From NCBI GenBank assembly GCA_022710725.1, contig JAKLGK010000005.1, forward strand, positions 156,347 through 220,346: a stretch of DNA of 64,000 bases, given 5' to 3'. How positions within the stretch are numbered: position 1 is the first letter of the stretch; every line of letters begins with the position of its first letter. Shown piece by piece: positions 9,696 through 19,244 of this stretch. The position numbers and the translations under genes were made by a program. The notes below the pieces were generated by a model. It did not search any database and was not told the origin of the DNA. It saw nothing but the letters and a program-made list of their open reading frames with translations. The stretch comes from Verrucomicrobiota bacterium. GTDB taxonomy: Bacteria; Verrucomicrobiota; Kiritimatiellia; CAIQIC01; JAGNIJ01.

Positions 9696-10306
9696 TGATC
9701 ACGATCGTCAACTACGGGCTCGGCAACCTCGGCTCGATCGCGAACATGCTGAAGCGCATCGGCGTGCCGTCGGAGATCGCGTCCGAGCCGGGCGCGGTCG
9801 CCCGCGCGAAGAAGCTGATCCTGCCCGGCGTCGGGCATTTCGACCGCGCGATGGAGCGCCTGCAGGGCACGGAACTGCGGCGCGTGCTGGACGAGAAGGC
9901 GCTGGGCGAGCGCGTGCCCGTGCTGGGCATCTGCCTCGGGATGCAGCTCCTGACGCGGTCGAGCGAGGAGGGGACCCTGCCGGGCCTTGGGTGGGTGCCT
10001 GCCGTGACCGTCCGTTTCCGCCCGCCGGAGGGATCGCCGCTGAAAATCCCGCACATGGGCTGGAACGCCGTGCGGGTCTCCACGCCGAGCCCGCTGACGG
10101 AGGGCTTCGACGGCGACGAGCGGTTCTACTTCGTCCACTCCTACCACGCCGTCGTGGACGCGCCGGAGCACTCGATCCTGAAGGCCCGGCATGGCGTGGA
10201 GTTCGACGCCGCGATCCGAAGCGGCAACGTGTACGGCGTGCAGTTCCACCCCGAGAAGAGCCACCGCTTCGGCATGAAGCTGCTGGCGAACTTCGCCCGG
10301 ATTTGA
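9695..10306 (+). CDS. hisH: HisH-like class I glutamine amidotransferase subunit (polysaccharide paralog)
   Basis: The protein starts MITIVNYGLGNL and has the catalytic Cys in GICLGMQ and the HPEKS motif. Its ATGA start overlaps the stop of the preceding amidotransferase. Confidence 0.85.
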   Translation: MITIVNYGLGNLGSIANMLKRIGVPSEIASEPGAVARAKKLILPGVGHFDRAMERLQGTELRRVLDEKALGERVPVLGICLGMQLLTRSSEEGTLPGLGWVPAVTVRFRPPEGSPLKIPHMGWNAVRVSTPSPLTEGFDGDERFYFVHSYHAVVDAPEHSILKARHGVEFDAAIRSGNVYGVQFHPEKSHRFGMKLLANFARI

Positions 10307-10310
10307 CCCC

Positions 10311-11081
10311 ATGCTTCGCACCCGCGTCATCCCCTGCCTGCTGCTGCGCGGCGAGTCGCTCGTCAAGACCGTGAAGTTCGACCAGTTCGGCTACATCGGC
10401 GACCCGCTGAACACCTGCCGCATCTTCAACGAGCTCGAGGTGGACGAGATGACGTTCCTCGACATCACCGCCAGCCGCGAGGGGCGGGGGCCGAACTACA
10501 AGATCCTGCAGGAGATCACCAACGAATGCTTCATGCCGCTGGCGTACGGAGGCGGCCTCCGGGACACGGCGGCCGCGGAGCGGATCTTCCAGATCGGGTT
10601 CGAGAAGGTCGTGCTGAACACCGCCCCGTTCGAGCGGCCCGCCCTCGTCACGGAGCTCTCCCGCGCCTTCGGGAGCCAGAGCGTGATCGTCGCGGTCGAC
10701 GTGCGCCGCCGCTTGCTGGGCCGGTACCACGTCTGCGGGAAGTCCGGGACCGAGGAGCACCGGCGCGACCCGGTGGACTGGGCCCGCGAGGTCGAGGGGC
10801 TCGGCGCCGGGGAAATCCTGCTGACGGCGATCGACCGCGAGGGCACGTGGAACGGCTTCGACGTCGACCTGGTCCGCCGGGTCGCGGACGCCGTAAGCAT
10901 CCCGGTGATCGCGCACGGCGGGGCGGGGAGCGTGGCGGACATCGGGGCCGTGGTGCGCGAGGGCCACGCCTCGGCGGTGGCGCTGGGCAGCCTGGTGGTC
11001 TACCAGAAAAAGGGGCTGGGCGTGCTGGTGAATTTTCCGGACCGCGCCGAACTGGGCCGGGCGCTGGAGGGGGCCGCTTGA
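10311..11081 (+). CDS. hisF: HisF-like cyclase subunit (polysaccharide paralog)
   Basis: The protein starts RVIPCLLL with the motif V.K.V.F, and it has the TIM-barrel motifs DEM.FLDI and IAHGGAG. Confidence 0.85.
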   Translation: MLRTRVIPCLLLRGESLVKTVKFDQFGYIGDPLNTCRIFNELEVDEMTFLDITASREGRGPNYKILQEITNECFMPLAYGGGLRDTAAAERIFQIGFEKVVLNTAPFERPALVTELSRAFGSQSVIVAVDVRRRLLGRYHVCGKSGTEEHRRDPVDWAREVEGLGAGEILLTAIDREGTWNGFDVDLVRRVADAVSIPVIAHGGAGSVADIGAVVREGHASAVALGSLVVYQKKGLGVLVNFPDRAELGRALEGAA

Positions 11082-12631
11082 CCTGGGGCGGCGTCCTGTG
11101 GCTGACGCTCGGCCTGGCGGCCTATTTCGCCTGGCAGAGCTTCATCGTGCATCGCATGGCGGGGACCGGGAGCGACCACCATTTCTACGTCTATTACGTG
11201 GACCTGCTGCGCCGGGGCGGTCGCCGGCTCCTGTACGACTTCCCGAACTTCCTGAACCGCACGCCGACGGTCGACCCCCAGTATTTTCACTGGGTGCTTT
11301 CGTGGGCCGGCGGGCCCGGGATGCTCGCGCTGCTCTCGCGGATCCTGAACCCCCTGTTCAGCGCGCTGTCGCTGGCCGTGTTCGCGGTCTTCCTGGCGTC
11401 CGAGTCGGCCGGTTCCCCGGTCCCGTGGGGCGCCAACATCCTGCTGCTGGCCTTCACGCCGCAGTTCCAGCATTCGACCAACGTCCGTAACTACGGGCTC
11501 AACACGCGCGGGCTCGGCCTGCTGCTGTTCCTGCTCTTTTCCATCGCCTGCTACCAGGCCGGGCAGGCCGCGTCCTGGGCTTGGTTCGCGGCGGCCGCGG
11601 GCCTTGCCTGGCTGATCATCGGCTGCAACATCTTCGCCTTTCAATCGCTCCTGCTCTTCGCCGCCGTTTTCCTGGCGCTGTTCCGGTCGCCGGTCATGGC
11701 GGGCGCGGGCCTCGCGGGCCTGTTGCTGTTCACCGCGCTCCACCCCCGGTACGCGGGCCATTATTTCCGTCAGCTTCTCGGGTTCTGGTCCCTGTACGCG
11801 GACACGCTGGCGGAGCGCTTCATCCTCCTGCGCCGGCCCAGCCTGTGGGGCGACTGGGTGCGGGAGATCCCTTCGAAGTGGAGGGAGAAACGCTCGCGGG
11901 CCGCCTGGTACGCCTATGAAAATTCGGTGGCGATCCTCGTTGTCTTCCAGCCCCTGGCCCTTTGCGCGGGCGCAGCCTGGGCGATGCTGCCGGGCGGAGC
12001 GACCGCCCTGGACCTGTTCTCGGGCCGGATGGCGGCCGCCTCGCTGATCCTGTTCCTGGCGACGTCCTTCCGGCGTACCCGGTTCCTGGGCTCGCCCGAG
12101 CGATACGTGGAGATGGCCATGCCGTTCGCCACGGCGCTGGGCGCGGACTTCCTGTACCGCGTCGGCGGCTTCGCGCTGGTCGCCGTCTGCGCCGCGGGAC
12201 AGGTGGCCCTGTCCAACCTGCAGCCGTACATGAATGTCTTCCGGAAGAAGAAGGCGGCGGCGACGGACGAGCTCCAGGAGTTTCTCCGCGGCGTCCGCGC
12301 GCGCGTGGAGCAGGACGCCGGCGGGCGGCCCGTGCGCTTCACGAGCAACAACGGCGAGTGGGGCAAGTACCTGCTCAACGCGGACTGGCGGTTCGTCTTC
12401 TTCTGGCCGACGGTCCGGGAGATCGGCGGCATTCCGATCGCCGAGTTGATGGAGGATTACCCGTTCATCAAGACGGACGCGGTCGAACGCCTCGTGCGGC
12501 GCTACGGCGTGAACTACTGCCTCATCGACCGGCACGCCGGCGGGACGCTGGGGGGCGGGCTGGAGGCCGCGGTGCTGCAGGAGTCGCCGCGCCACGTCCT
12601 CTACCGCGTGGCGCCTCGGGAGGCCGCGTGA
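11078..12631 (+). CDS. Polytopic membrane protein, candidate Wzy-type polymerase
   Basis: Roughly 517 aa with at least 10 hydrophobic segments and a soluble C-terminal domain. The start is uncertain: TTG at 11078 overlaps the hisF stop, with an in-frame ATG 25 codons later. The function is not supported by motifs. Confidence 0.5.
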   Translation: MTWGGVLWLTLGLAAYFAWQSFIVHRMAGTGSDHHFYVYYVDLLRRGGRRLLYDFPNFLNRTPTVDPQYFHWVLSWAGGPGMLALLSRILNPLFSALSLAVFAVFLASESAGSPVPWGANILLLAFTPQFQHSTNVRNYGLNTRGLGLLLFLLFSIACYQAGQAASWAWFAAAAGLAWLIIGCNIFAFQSLLLFAAVFLALFRSPVMAGAGLAGLLLFTALHPRYAGHYFRQLLGFWSLYADTLAERFILLRRPSLWGDWVREIPSKWREKRSRAAWYAYENSVAILVVFQPLALCAGAAWAMLPGGATALDLFSGRMAAASLILFLATSFRRTRFLGSPERYVEMAMPFATALGADFLYRVGGFALVAVCAAGQVALSNLQPYMNVFRKKKAAATDELQEFLRGVRARVEQDAGGRPVRFTSNNGEWGKYLLNADWRFVFFWPTVREIGGIPIAELMEDYPFIKTDAVERLVRRYGVNYCLIDRHAGGTLGGGLEAAVLQESPRHVLYRVAPREAA

Positions 12632-12642
12632 TCCTGCGCCGG

Positions 12643-14088
12643 ATGTTCCGCGACACGTTCGTCTACGGCCTGTCCGGCGTGGTCAGCCGGTTCATCGGTT
12701 TCCTGCTGGTGCCCATCTACACGCGGATGCTGGCGCCGGCGGACTTCGGTCTGCTGGACCTGCTGACGATCGCGTCCTCCATCATGGTGCTGCTCGGCGG
12801 GATGCAGGTGGAGTCGGGGATCGCGCGCGGCTACTACGAGGCCCGGAAGGCGGGGACGCTGGCGACCCTCGTGGGCACGGGGATCCGCCTCTACACGCTG
12901 GGCGTGGCCGTCGTGGGCGTGCTGGGCCTGGCGGCGTTCCAATTCTGGTTCGTCGGCCGGGGCGGGCTGACCTGGCGCGAGGCGGCGCCCCTCTTCGTCG
13001 GGCTGCTGCCGAGCCAGTGGCTGGTGCTGTGGCTGCTGCTCCTGCGGTACGAGGGGCGGCCCTACCAGTACGCGGTCATGGCGCTCGGCGACGTGCTGTG
13101 CACGACCGCGTTCAGCGTGACCGGCGTCTGCGTCCTGCGCCTCGGCGTCCGGGGCATCCTCTGGGGCATGGCGCTCTCGAAGATCCTCTGGGCGACGGTG
13201 GGCCTGGTGACGCGCTTCTCGGGGAGCTTCCGCGGCTGGAGCCGAGCCGAGGCCGGCCGCATCCTGGTCTACTCGGTGCCGACGGTCCCCAACACGCTGG
13301 TCAACTGGATCCAGAACTACGGGAACCGGTTCATCCTCCTCGGCGCGCTCTCCCTGGCCGGCGTCGGCGTCTACGGGCTGGCCAACCGGCTGGCCTCGCC
13401 GCTGATGGTCGCCATCTGGGCCCTGCGGCTTGCGTGGGACCCGCTGGCGACGGAGCTGATCGGCAAGCCGGAGGCGCCCGGCGTGTACGCCCGGGCCCTG
13501 GACGCCTACCTGCTGGGCATGACGCTGGCCTGCGGGTTGCTCGGCGCGCTGGGCGACCTGTTCGTGCGCGTGCTCGCGCCCGCGAGCTATGCCGAGGCCG
13601 GGCGGCTGGTGGCCGGTATCGCCATGGCCAACCTCTGGCTCGGTTCGCTGCAGGTGCTGATGATGGGGATGAACGTCGTGCGCCAGACCTACTGGGGCGT
13701 GATCGCGTTCGTCGCCGGGCTCGCCGCCAACCTGCTGCCGCTGTGGCTCTGGATCGGCGCGGGCGGCCTGCCGACCGCGGCCTGGACGCTGCTGGCCGGT
13801 TCGCTCGTGACGGCGGAAATCGCGCTGGCCCTGTCCCAACGCTGCTTCCGGATCCCTTACCACTACGGCGTGCTGCGCGGCTCGATGGCCTTCTCGATCC
13901 TGGCGTCGATCCTCTTCTCGGCCTGGCCGGGCCTTGTGCCGGCCGGGCTGGGCGGGGCGGCGGACACGCTCCTGCGCCTGGCGGCCGCCGGGGCGGGCTG
14001 GTACCTGCTGGTATACCTGTTCGTCCCGCGCGAGATGCGCGCCGAGCTCGTGCGGCGGGTCCGCCACCGCTTGTGGAAGACAGCATGA
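12643..14088 (+). CDS. wzx: Wzx-type oligosaccharide flippase (MOP/polysaccharide biosynthesis protein family)
   Basis: Roughly 480 aa with 12 hydrophobic segments, and its N-terminus (FRDTFVYGLSGVVSRFIGFLLVPIYTR) is typical of the family. An alternative GTG start lies at 12628. Confidence 0.7.
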   Translation: MFRDTFVYGLSGVVSRFIGFLLVPIYTRMLAPADFGLLDLLTIASSIMVLLGGMQVESGIARGYYEARKAGTLATLVGTGIRLYTLGVAVVGVLGLAAFQFWFVGRGGLTWREAAPLFVGLLPSQWLVLWLLLLRYEGRPYQYAVMALGDVLCTTAFSVTGVCVLRLGVRGILWGMALSKILWATVGLVTRFSGSFRGWSRAEAGRILVYSVPTVPNTLVNWIQNYGNRFILLGALSLAGVGVYGLANRLASPLMVAIWALRLAWDPLATELIGKPEAPGVYARALDAYLLGMTLACGLLGALGDLFVRVLAPASYAEAGRLVAGIAMANLWLGSLQVLMMGMNVVRQTYWGVIAFVAGLAANLLPLWLWIGAGGLPTAAWTLLAGSLVTAEIALALSQRCFRIPYHYGVLRGSMAFSILASILFSAWPGLVPAGLGGAADTLLRLAAAGAGWYLLVYLFVPREMRAELVRRVRHRLWKTA

Positions 14089-15272
14089 CAAAGCAACGTC
14101 CCCTACACGTGGTCCTGGTGGCGGCCTTTCCGCTCCAGGGCGCCGTGCCGCCCGAGGCGATACGGCCGTCCTGCCGCGACCGGCCGGAACACCCGGCGGG
14201 CTGGGTGCGCCGCCTGGCCGTGGCGCTGGCCGGGATGGAGGGCGTGCGCGTCGAGGTGGTCGCGGAGAGCCGCCGGCTGGTCCGGGATTACCACGCCCGC
14301 GTGGACGGTCTGGACGTGACCTACCTCCGCAAGGCCGAGCCCGGCCGCACCGATCCCTGGCACCTGTTCCTGCCCGGCATCCGCCGGCTGCGCCGGGTGC
14401 TCGCGGCCCTGCGCCCCGACGTCGTGCACGGGTTCGGCACGGAGCAGGCGCACGGCCTGATCGCCGTCGGAGCCTTCGCCCCCGCCGTGCTGAAGATCCA
14501 GGGCATCGTGGACCAGCTGCAGCCGTACGTGCCCTGGCCGCCGTGGAAGACGGCCCTGTGGCGGGCGCTGGAGCGGCGCGCCGTCCGCCGCGCTGCGGGG
14601 ATCGTCGCCAACACCGCTTTCTCGGAGCGGTGGGCGCGGAAGGTGAGCCCCGGCGGACGCATCGCCGTGATCCCGAACATCTGCCCGCCGGCCTTTTTCG
14701 ACGTCCGCCCCACGCATGCGGAAAAACTGGTCCTCTGCCCCGGCGCGTTGAGCCGGATCAAGGGCACGGAGACGGTGCTGAAGGCCTTCGCCGCGCTGGG
14801 CGATCCGGAGGCCCGCCTCGTGATGTCGGGCTGGATCGGCGACGCGGACGACTACCCGGGCCTCGCGCGCCGGCTGGGCGTGGCCGACCGCGTGGAATTT
14901 CCCGGCCATCTTCCGGCGGAGCGAATCCGCGAACTGATGGGGCGGGCGCGGCTCGTCGTCGTGGGGTCCCGCATGGACACCTCGCCCAACGTGATCATGG
15001 AAGCGCACGCCGCCGGGCTGCCGGTGGCGGGCACCCGCACCGGCGGCATCCCGGACATGATTGCCGACGGGGTGGACGGGTTTCTGTCGGGCGTGGACGA
15101 CGCCGCCGGCCTGGCGGACGCCATGCGGAAACTGCTGGACAACGCCGAACTGTGCCGGCGGTTCGGCGCCGCCGGCCGCGAGAAAGTGGCCCGGCTCAAC
15201 GAGCCCGCGGCCGTGGCCCGGGCGCACCTGGACCTGTACGAGCAGGTCCTCGGGTGGGGAGAAAAGCCATGA
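14085..15272 (+). CDS. Glycosyltransferase family 4 (GT-B, group 1)
   Basis: It has the E-x7-E region (VVVGSRMDTSPNVIMEAHAAGLPV). The ATGA start overlaps the wzx stop. Confidence 0.8.
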   Translation: MTKQRPLHVVLVAAFPLQGAVPPEAIRPSCRDRPEHPAGWVRRLAVALAGMEGVRVEVVAESRRLVRDYHARVDGLDVTYLRKAEPGRTDPWHLFLPGIRRLRRVLAALRPDVVHGFGTEQAHGLIAVGAFAPAVLKIQGIVDQLQPYVPWPPWKTALWRALERRAVRRAAGIVANTAFSERWARKVSPGGRIAVIPNICPPAFFDVRPTHAEKLVLCPGALSRIKGTETVLKAFAALGDPEARLVMSGWIGDADDYPGLARRLGVADRVEFPGHLPAERIRELMGRARLVVVGSRMDTSPNVIMEAHAAGLPVAGTRTGGIPDMIADGVDGFLSGVDDAAGLADAMRKLLDNAELCRRFGAAGREKVARLNEPAAVARAHLDLYEQVLGWGEKP

Positions 15273-16372
15273 ATGCCGCGAAGAAAATCGCGCTGCTCTA
15301 CGGGGCCCGGCCGAACTACATGAAGGTCTTCCCGCTGTGGCGGGAGATGAAAGCGCCGGGCTCGGTCCTGCGCCCGCTGCTGATCCATACGGGCCAGCAC
15401 TACGACGCCAGCATGTCCGACGTGTTCTTCCGGAACCTCGCGATGGACCCGCCGGACCATGCGCTCGGCGTCGGCGCCGGCTCGCACGCGGCCCAGACCG
15501 GCCGGATCATGCAGGCGTTGGAACCGGTCCTCGGGCGGGAGCGCCCCGCGGCGCTCGTGGTGGTCGGCGACGTCAATTCCACGATGGCGGGCGCGCTGGT
15601 GGCGGTCAAGATGGGCATCCCGGTGGCCCACGTCGAGGCCGGCCTGCGCAGCGGCGACCGCGCGATGCCCGAGGAAATCAACCGGGTCGTGACCGACGCC
15701 GTGGCGGACTGCCTCCTGGCCAGCTGCCGCGACGCGGTCGACAACCTCCGGCGCGAAGGCATCCCGGAGGAGCGGATCCATTTTGTCGGCAACGTGATGA
15801 TGGACAGCCTGGAGGCCGCGCTGCCGCGGCTTCCGGAGTCGAAGATCGTGGAGACGCTGGGGCTGGCCCCGCGAGCCTACGTCCTGGTCACGCTGCATCG
15901 CCCGAGCAACGTGGACGATCCCGGCCCTCTCCGGGCGATTCTCGGGGCGCTGGAGGCGCTCTCCGCCGACCGCCCGGTCGTGTTCCCGGTGCATCCGCGG
16001 ACCCGCAAGGTCATGGAGTCAAACGGCGTCGCCCCCGCCCGCGCGGGATTCCGCTGCCTGGATCCGCTGGGATACCTGGATTTCCTGCGCCTCGAGACGG
16101 AAGCCGGCCTGGTCGTCACCGACTCGGGCGGCATCCAGGAGGAGACCAGCTACCTTGGCATTCCGTGTCTGACGCTGCGCGAGAACACGGAGCGACCGGT
16201 CACGATCACCGCCGGCACGAACCGGCTGGTTCCTCCCCGCGGCGGACGGCTGCTGGAGGAGGCGCGCCGCGCCCTCGCGCAGCCGCCCGGCCCCCGCCCG
16301 CGCATCGAGGGCTGGGACGGGCGCGCGGCCTCGCGCATCATCCCCGTGCTGCAAGGCCTGGTGACCGCATGA
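15269..16372 (+). CDS. UDP-N-acetylglucosamine (or UDP-GlcNAc3NAcA) 2-epimerase, non-hydrolysing (WecB/WbpI family)
   Basis: It has HTGQHYD, the HVEAGLRS motif, and DSGGIQEE. Confidence 0.85.
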   Translation: MNAAKKIALLYGARPNYMKVFPLWREMKAPGSVLRPLLIHTGQHYDASMSDVFFRNLAMDPPDHALGVGAGSHAAQTGRIMQALEPVLGRERPAALVVVGDVNSTMAGALVAVKMGIPVAHVEAGLRSGDRAMPEEINRVVTDAVADCLLASCRDAVDNLRREGIPEERIHFVGNVMMDSLEAALPRLPESKIVETLGLAPRAYVLVTLHRPSNVDDPGPLRAILGALEALSADRPVVFPVHPRTRKVMESNGVAPARAGFRCLDPLGYLDFLRLETEAGLVVTDSGGIQEETSYLGIPCLTLRENTERPVTITAGTNRLVPPRGGRLLEEARRALAQPPGPRPRIEGWDGRAASRIIPVLQGLVTA

Positions 16373-17760
16373 AGGGAAGCCCGGCCGTTCGCGAGTTCCT
16401 GTCGCGCCTGTACAGCCTGGTGCCGGCGCGGCGGCGTTGGCCCGCCGCCTTCTGGAAGTGGTACGCGTTCTACGAGGACGCGGAGACCTGGCCCGTCGAG
16501 CGGATGGAGGCGTACCAGCTCGAGCGCATCCGCCGCCTGCTGTCGAGCGCCAGGGCCGGCAGCCCGTTCTACGCGGAAAAGCTCAAGGATGTCCGGCCGG
16601 ACGACATCCGCTCGCTCGCCGATTTCTCCGCCGCGGTGCCGGCGACGACCCGCCGCGAGCTGCGCGAGAACATGGATCGCTGGCCCTGCCGCGACCGGGC
16701 GGCGAAGGCCGAGCGCGGCTGCACTTCCGGGACGACGGGCATGGCGCTGCAATTCCTGCATCCGCCCGGCGACCGTTGGCGCGAGTGGGCGAGCATCTGC
16801 CACCAGTGGAAGCGCGTCGGCTACGATCCGGCGCACAGCGTCCGGGCCACCTTCCGGGGGCTGACGCTGGACCCCGCCGGCGTGGATCGCCGCCCGCACT
16901 CCAACACGGTGCGGTTCGCCATCCTGGGGTTCGACCGCGCGCGCCTGGAGCGCTACGCCGCGGAGATCCGCCGGTGCCGCGCCGAGTTCTTCCACGGCTA
17001 CCCGAGCGCCTTGAGCCTGCTGGCCTCGACGATCCGCCACGAGGCGCTGGATTTCCCGCAACCCCGCGCCATCCTGCTCGCCTCCGAGGTGGTGTATGAC
17101 TGGCAGCTGGCCGCGATCCGCGAGGCGTTCCCCGACGCCCGGCTCTTTGCGCACTACGGTTGCGCGGAGCGCGCCATCCTGGCCGGCTGGTGCGAGCGCC
17201 GGCCCGCGTACCACGTCCTGTCGCCCTACGGCTTCCTCGAGGTCTCGCCGGACACCGGCGAGGTGATGGCCACCAACCTGCACAACGACGTGTCGCCCTT
17301 CATCCGCTACCGCATGACCGATACCGTGCGCGGCGTGTCCGCCGACGCCTGCCCGGATTGCCGCCGCCCGTACCGGCCGCTGGTCGAGGAACTGGTCGGG
17401 CGGCAGGAGGATTACGTGTACAGCCCGGCGCGGGGTTGGATCGGGCCGGCCATCATCACGTACCCGTTCAAGGGCCTGAAGGCGATCCGCGAAACGCGCA
17501 TCGTGCAGACCGCCCCCGGCGAGCTTGTCCTGCAGTTCACCTCCGCGCCCGGCGCGGCGACGGAGGACCTCCGCCGGGAGCAGGAGCATCTCCGCCACGG
17601 CATGCACAAGCTGCTGGGCGAGGAGATGCGGGTCTCCTTCGAGGCCTGCCGGGACCTGGAGCGCGACCGCTCCGGGAAATTCAAATGGATCGTGTCGCGC
17701 CTGCCGCCGCCGGGCGACCACCCGGACGGCCGCCGCGGGAGCCGCCCATGCCCCTCGTAG
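16369..17760 (+). CDS. CapK / coenzyme F390 synthetase-like adenylate-forming enzyme (PaaK family)
   Basis: It has the AMP-binding-like motif TSGTTG and the PaaK-family architecture. It is coupled by an ATGA overlap. Confidence 0.7.
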   Translation: MKGSPAVREFLSRLYSLVPARRRWPAAFWKWYAFYEDAETWPVERMEAYQLERIRRLLSSARAGSPFYAEKLKDVRPDDIRSLADFSAAVPATTRRELRENMDRWPCRDRAAKAERGCTSGTTGMALQFLHPPGDRWREWASICHQWKRVGYDPAHSVRATFRGLTLDPAGVDRRPHSNTVRFAILGFDRARLERYAAEIRRCRAEFFHGYPSALSLLASTIRHEALDFPQPRAILLASEVVYDWQLAAIREAFPDARLFAHYGCAERAILAGWCERRPAYHVLSPYGFLEVSPDTGEVMATNLHNDVSPFIRYRMTDTVRGVSADACPDCRRPYRPLVEELVGRQEDYVYSPARGWIGPAIITYPFKGLKAIRETRIVQTAPGELVLQFTSAPGAATEDLRREQEHLRHGMHKLLGEEMRVSFEACRDLERDRSGKFKWIVSRLPPPGDHPDGRRGSRPCPS

Positions 17761-19244
17761 CCGTCGAACAGACGACGCCCTCCTACCCGGACGAGCCGCC
17801 CTTCCATCCCGGCGAGCGGTATCCGGAAGCGCCCTTCCCGGACACGGCGGGGCCGAACCCGGTGTACGCGGCGGTGCGCCGGCTGCTGATGCGGCTGGGG
17901 ATGGACGAGGCCCACGCGGGCTCGCCGGATTGGAATCCGCTGGGGGCGATCGTCCGGCCGGGCGACACGGTGGTCCTCAAGCCGAATTTCGTGATCAGCC
18001 GGAACCTCGGGGGGGGCGATCTCTTCGCCGTCGTCACGCATCCCTCCGTCCTGCGGGCCCTCGCGGACTACTGCTTCATCGCCCTGCGCGGCCGGGGCCG
18101 CCTGGTGATCGCGGACGCGCCGGAGATGGGCTGCGACTGGGACGAACTCATGCGGGCCCTGCGCCTGGACGCCGTCGCGGATTTCTACCGCCGGGCGGCG
18201 GGCTTCCCGCTCGAGATCTGCGATCTTCGGAATTTCGCCCTGGTGGACAACCGGAAGCCTGCCTACGCGCACAACCGCAAGCCGCTCCCCGGCGATCCGG
18301 CGGGCAGCACCGTCATCAACCTCGGCCGGGAAAGCGCGTTCTACGGGATGGACAGCGCGCGGTACTACGGCGCCGATTACGACCGGCGGGAAACCATCCG
18401 CCACCACCACGGCGAGACCCACGAGTACTGCATTTCCAACACCGTCCTCCGGGCCGACGCGCTGATCTCCGTGCCGAAGCTCAAGACGCACAAGAAGGTG
18501 GGCGTCACCCTGAACCTCAAGGGGCTCGTGGGAATCAACACGAACAAGAACTACCTGATCCATTACCGGCTGGGCACGCCGCGCACCGGGGGCGACCAGG
18601 CGCCCGACGCCCTGGCGGCCGGCGTCCGGCTGAAGGTGCGCGTCCAGCGCTGGCTCTTCGACCGGGCGCTGGCGCGGCAGACCGCGTGGGGCGACGCGGT
18701 CTACGCCGCCGCGCGCGGGGTCTGGCGCCGCCTCTTTCGGCCCTTCGTGGGCGCGACGGCCGGCGAGCCGATCGTGGACGCCGGGAACTGGCACCGGAAC
18801 GATTCGGCCTGGCGCATGACCTCGGACATGGCCCGGATCCTCTTCTTCGCGGACCGCGACGGCGTGCTGCGGGATCGCGTCCAGCGCCGGATGTTCTGCC
18901 TGGTGGACGGGATCGTCGGAGGGGAAGGCGACGGGCCGCTGGCGCCGACCGCCCGGCCCAGCGGGTGCCTCGTGGGCGGGGAGAATCCGCTGGCCGTGGA
19001 CCTGGTCGCCAGCCGGCTCATGGGCTTCGACCCGGCCCGGATACGGCAGTTCGACGTGCTGAAAGACCGCCGCCGGAACTTCGGTTTTTCCGCGCCGGAG
19101 GAAATTCGCGTCGCGCAAGGAGAGCGGGTTGCGCCGGGCGCGGAGTACTTCAGCGCGCGGGACATCGATCCGCGCCTGAATTTCCAGCCTCACTCGGAAT
19201 GGAAAGGCCACATAGAGATAGCGTCCAACGCGGAGGCCCCATGA
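17748..19244 (+). CDS. DUF362-domain protein
   Basis: Roughly 498 aa. Its central region (VLKPNFV...HPSV..., ISVPKLKTHKKVGVTLNLKGLVGIN) matches the DUF362 family. The start is taken inside track ORF 17160-19244. Confidence 0.55.
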   Translation: MPLVAVEQTTPSYPDEPPFHPGERYPEAPFPDTAGPNPVYAAVRRLLMRLGMDEAHAGSPDWNPLGAIVRPGDTVVLKPNFVISRNLGGGDLFAVVTHPSVLRALADYCFIALRGRGRLVIADAPEMGCDWDELMRALRLDAVADFYRRAAGFPLEICDLRNFALVDNRKPAYAHNRKPLPGDPAGSTVINLGRESAFYGMDSARYYGADYDRRETIRHHHGETHEYCISNTVLRADALISVPKLKTHKKVGVTLNLKGLVGINTNKNYLIHYRLGTPRTGGDQAPDALAAGVRLKVRVQRWLFDRALARQTAWGDAVYAAARGVWRRLFRPFVGATAGEPIVDAGNWHRNDSAWRMTSDMARILFFADRDGVLRDRVQRRMFCLVDGIVGGEGDGPLAPTARPSGCLVGGENPLAVDLVASRLMGFDPARIRQFDVLKDRRRNFGFSAPEEIRVAQGERVAPGAEYFSARDIDPRLNFQPHSEWKGHIEIASNAEAP

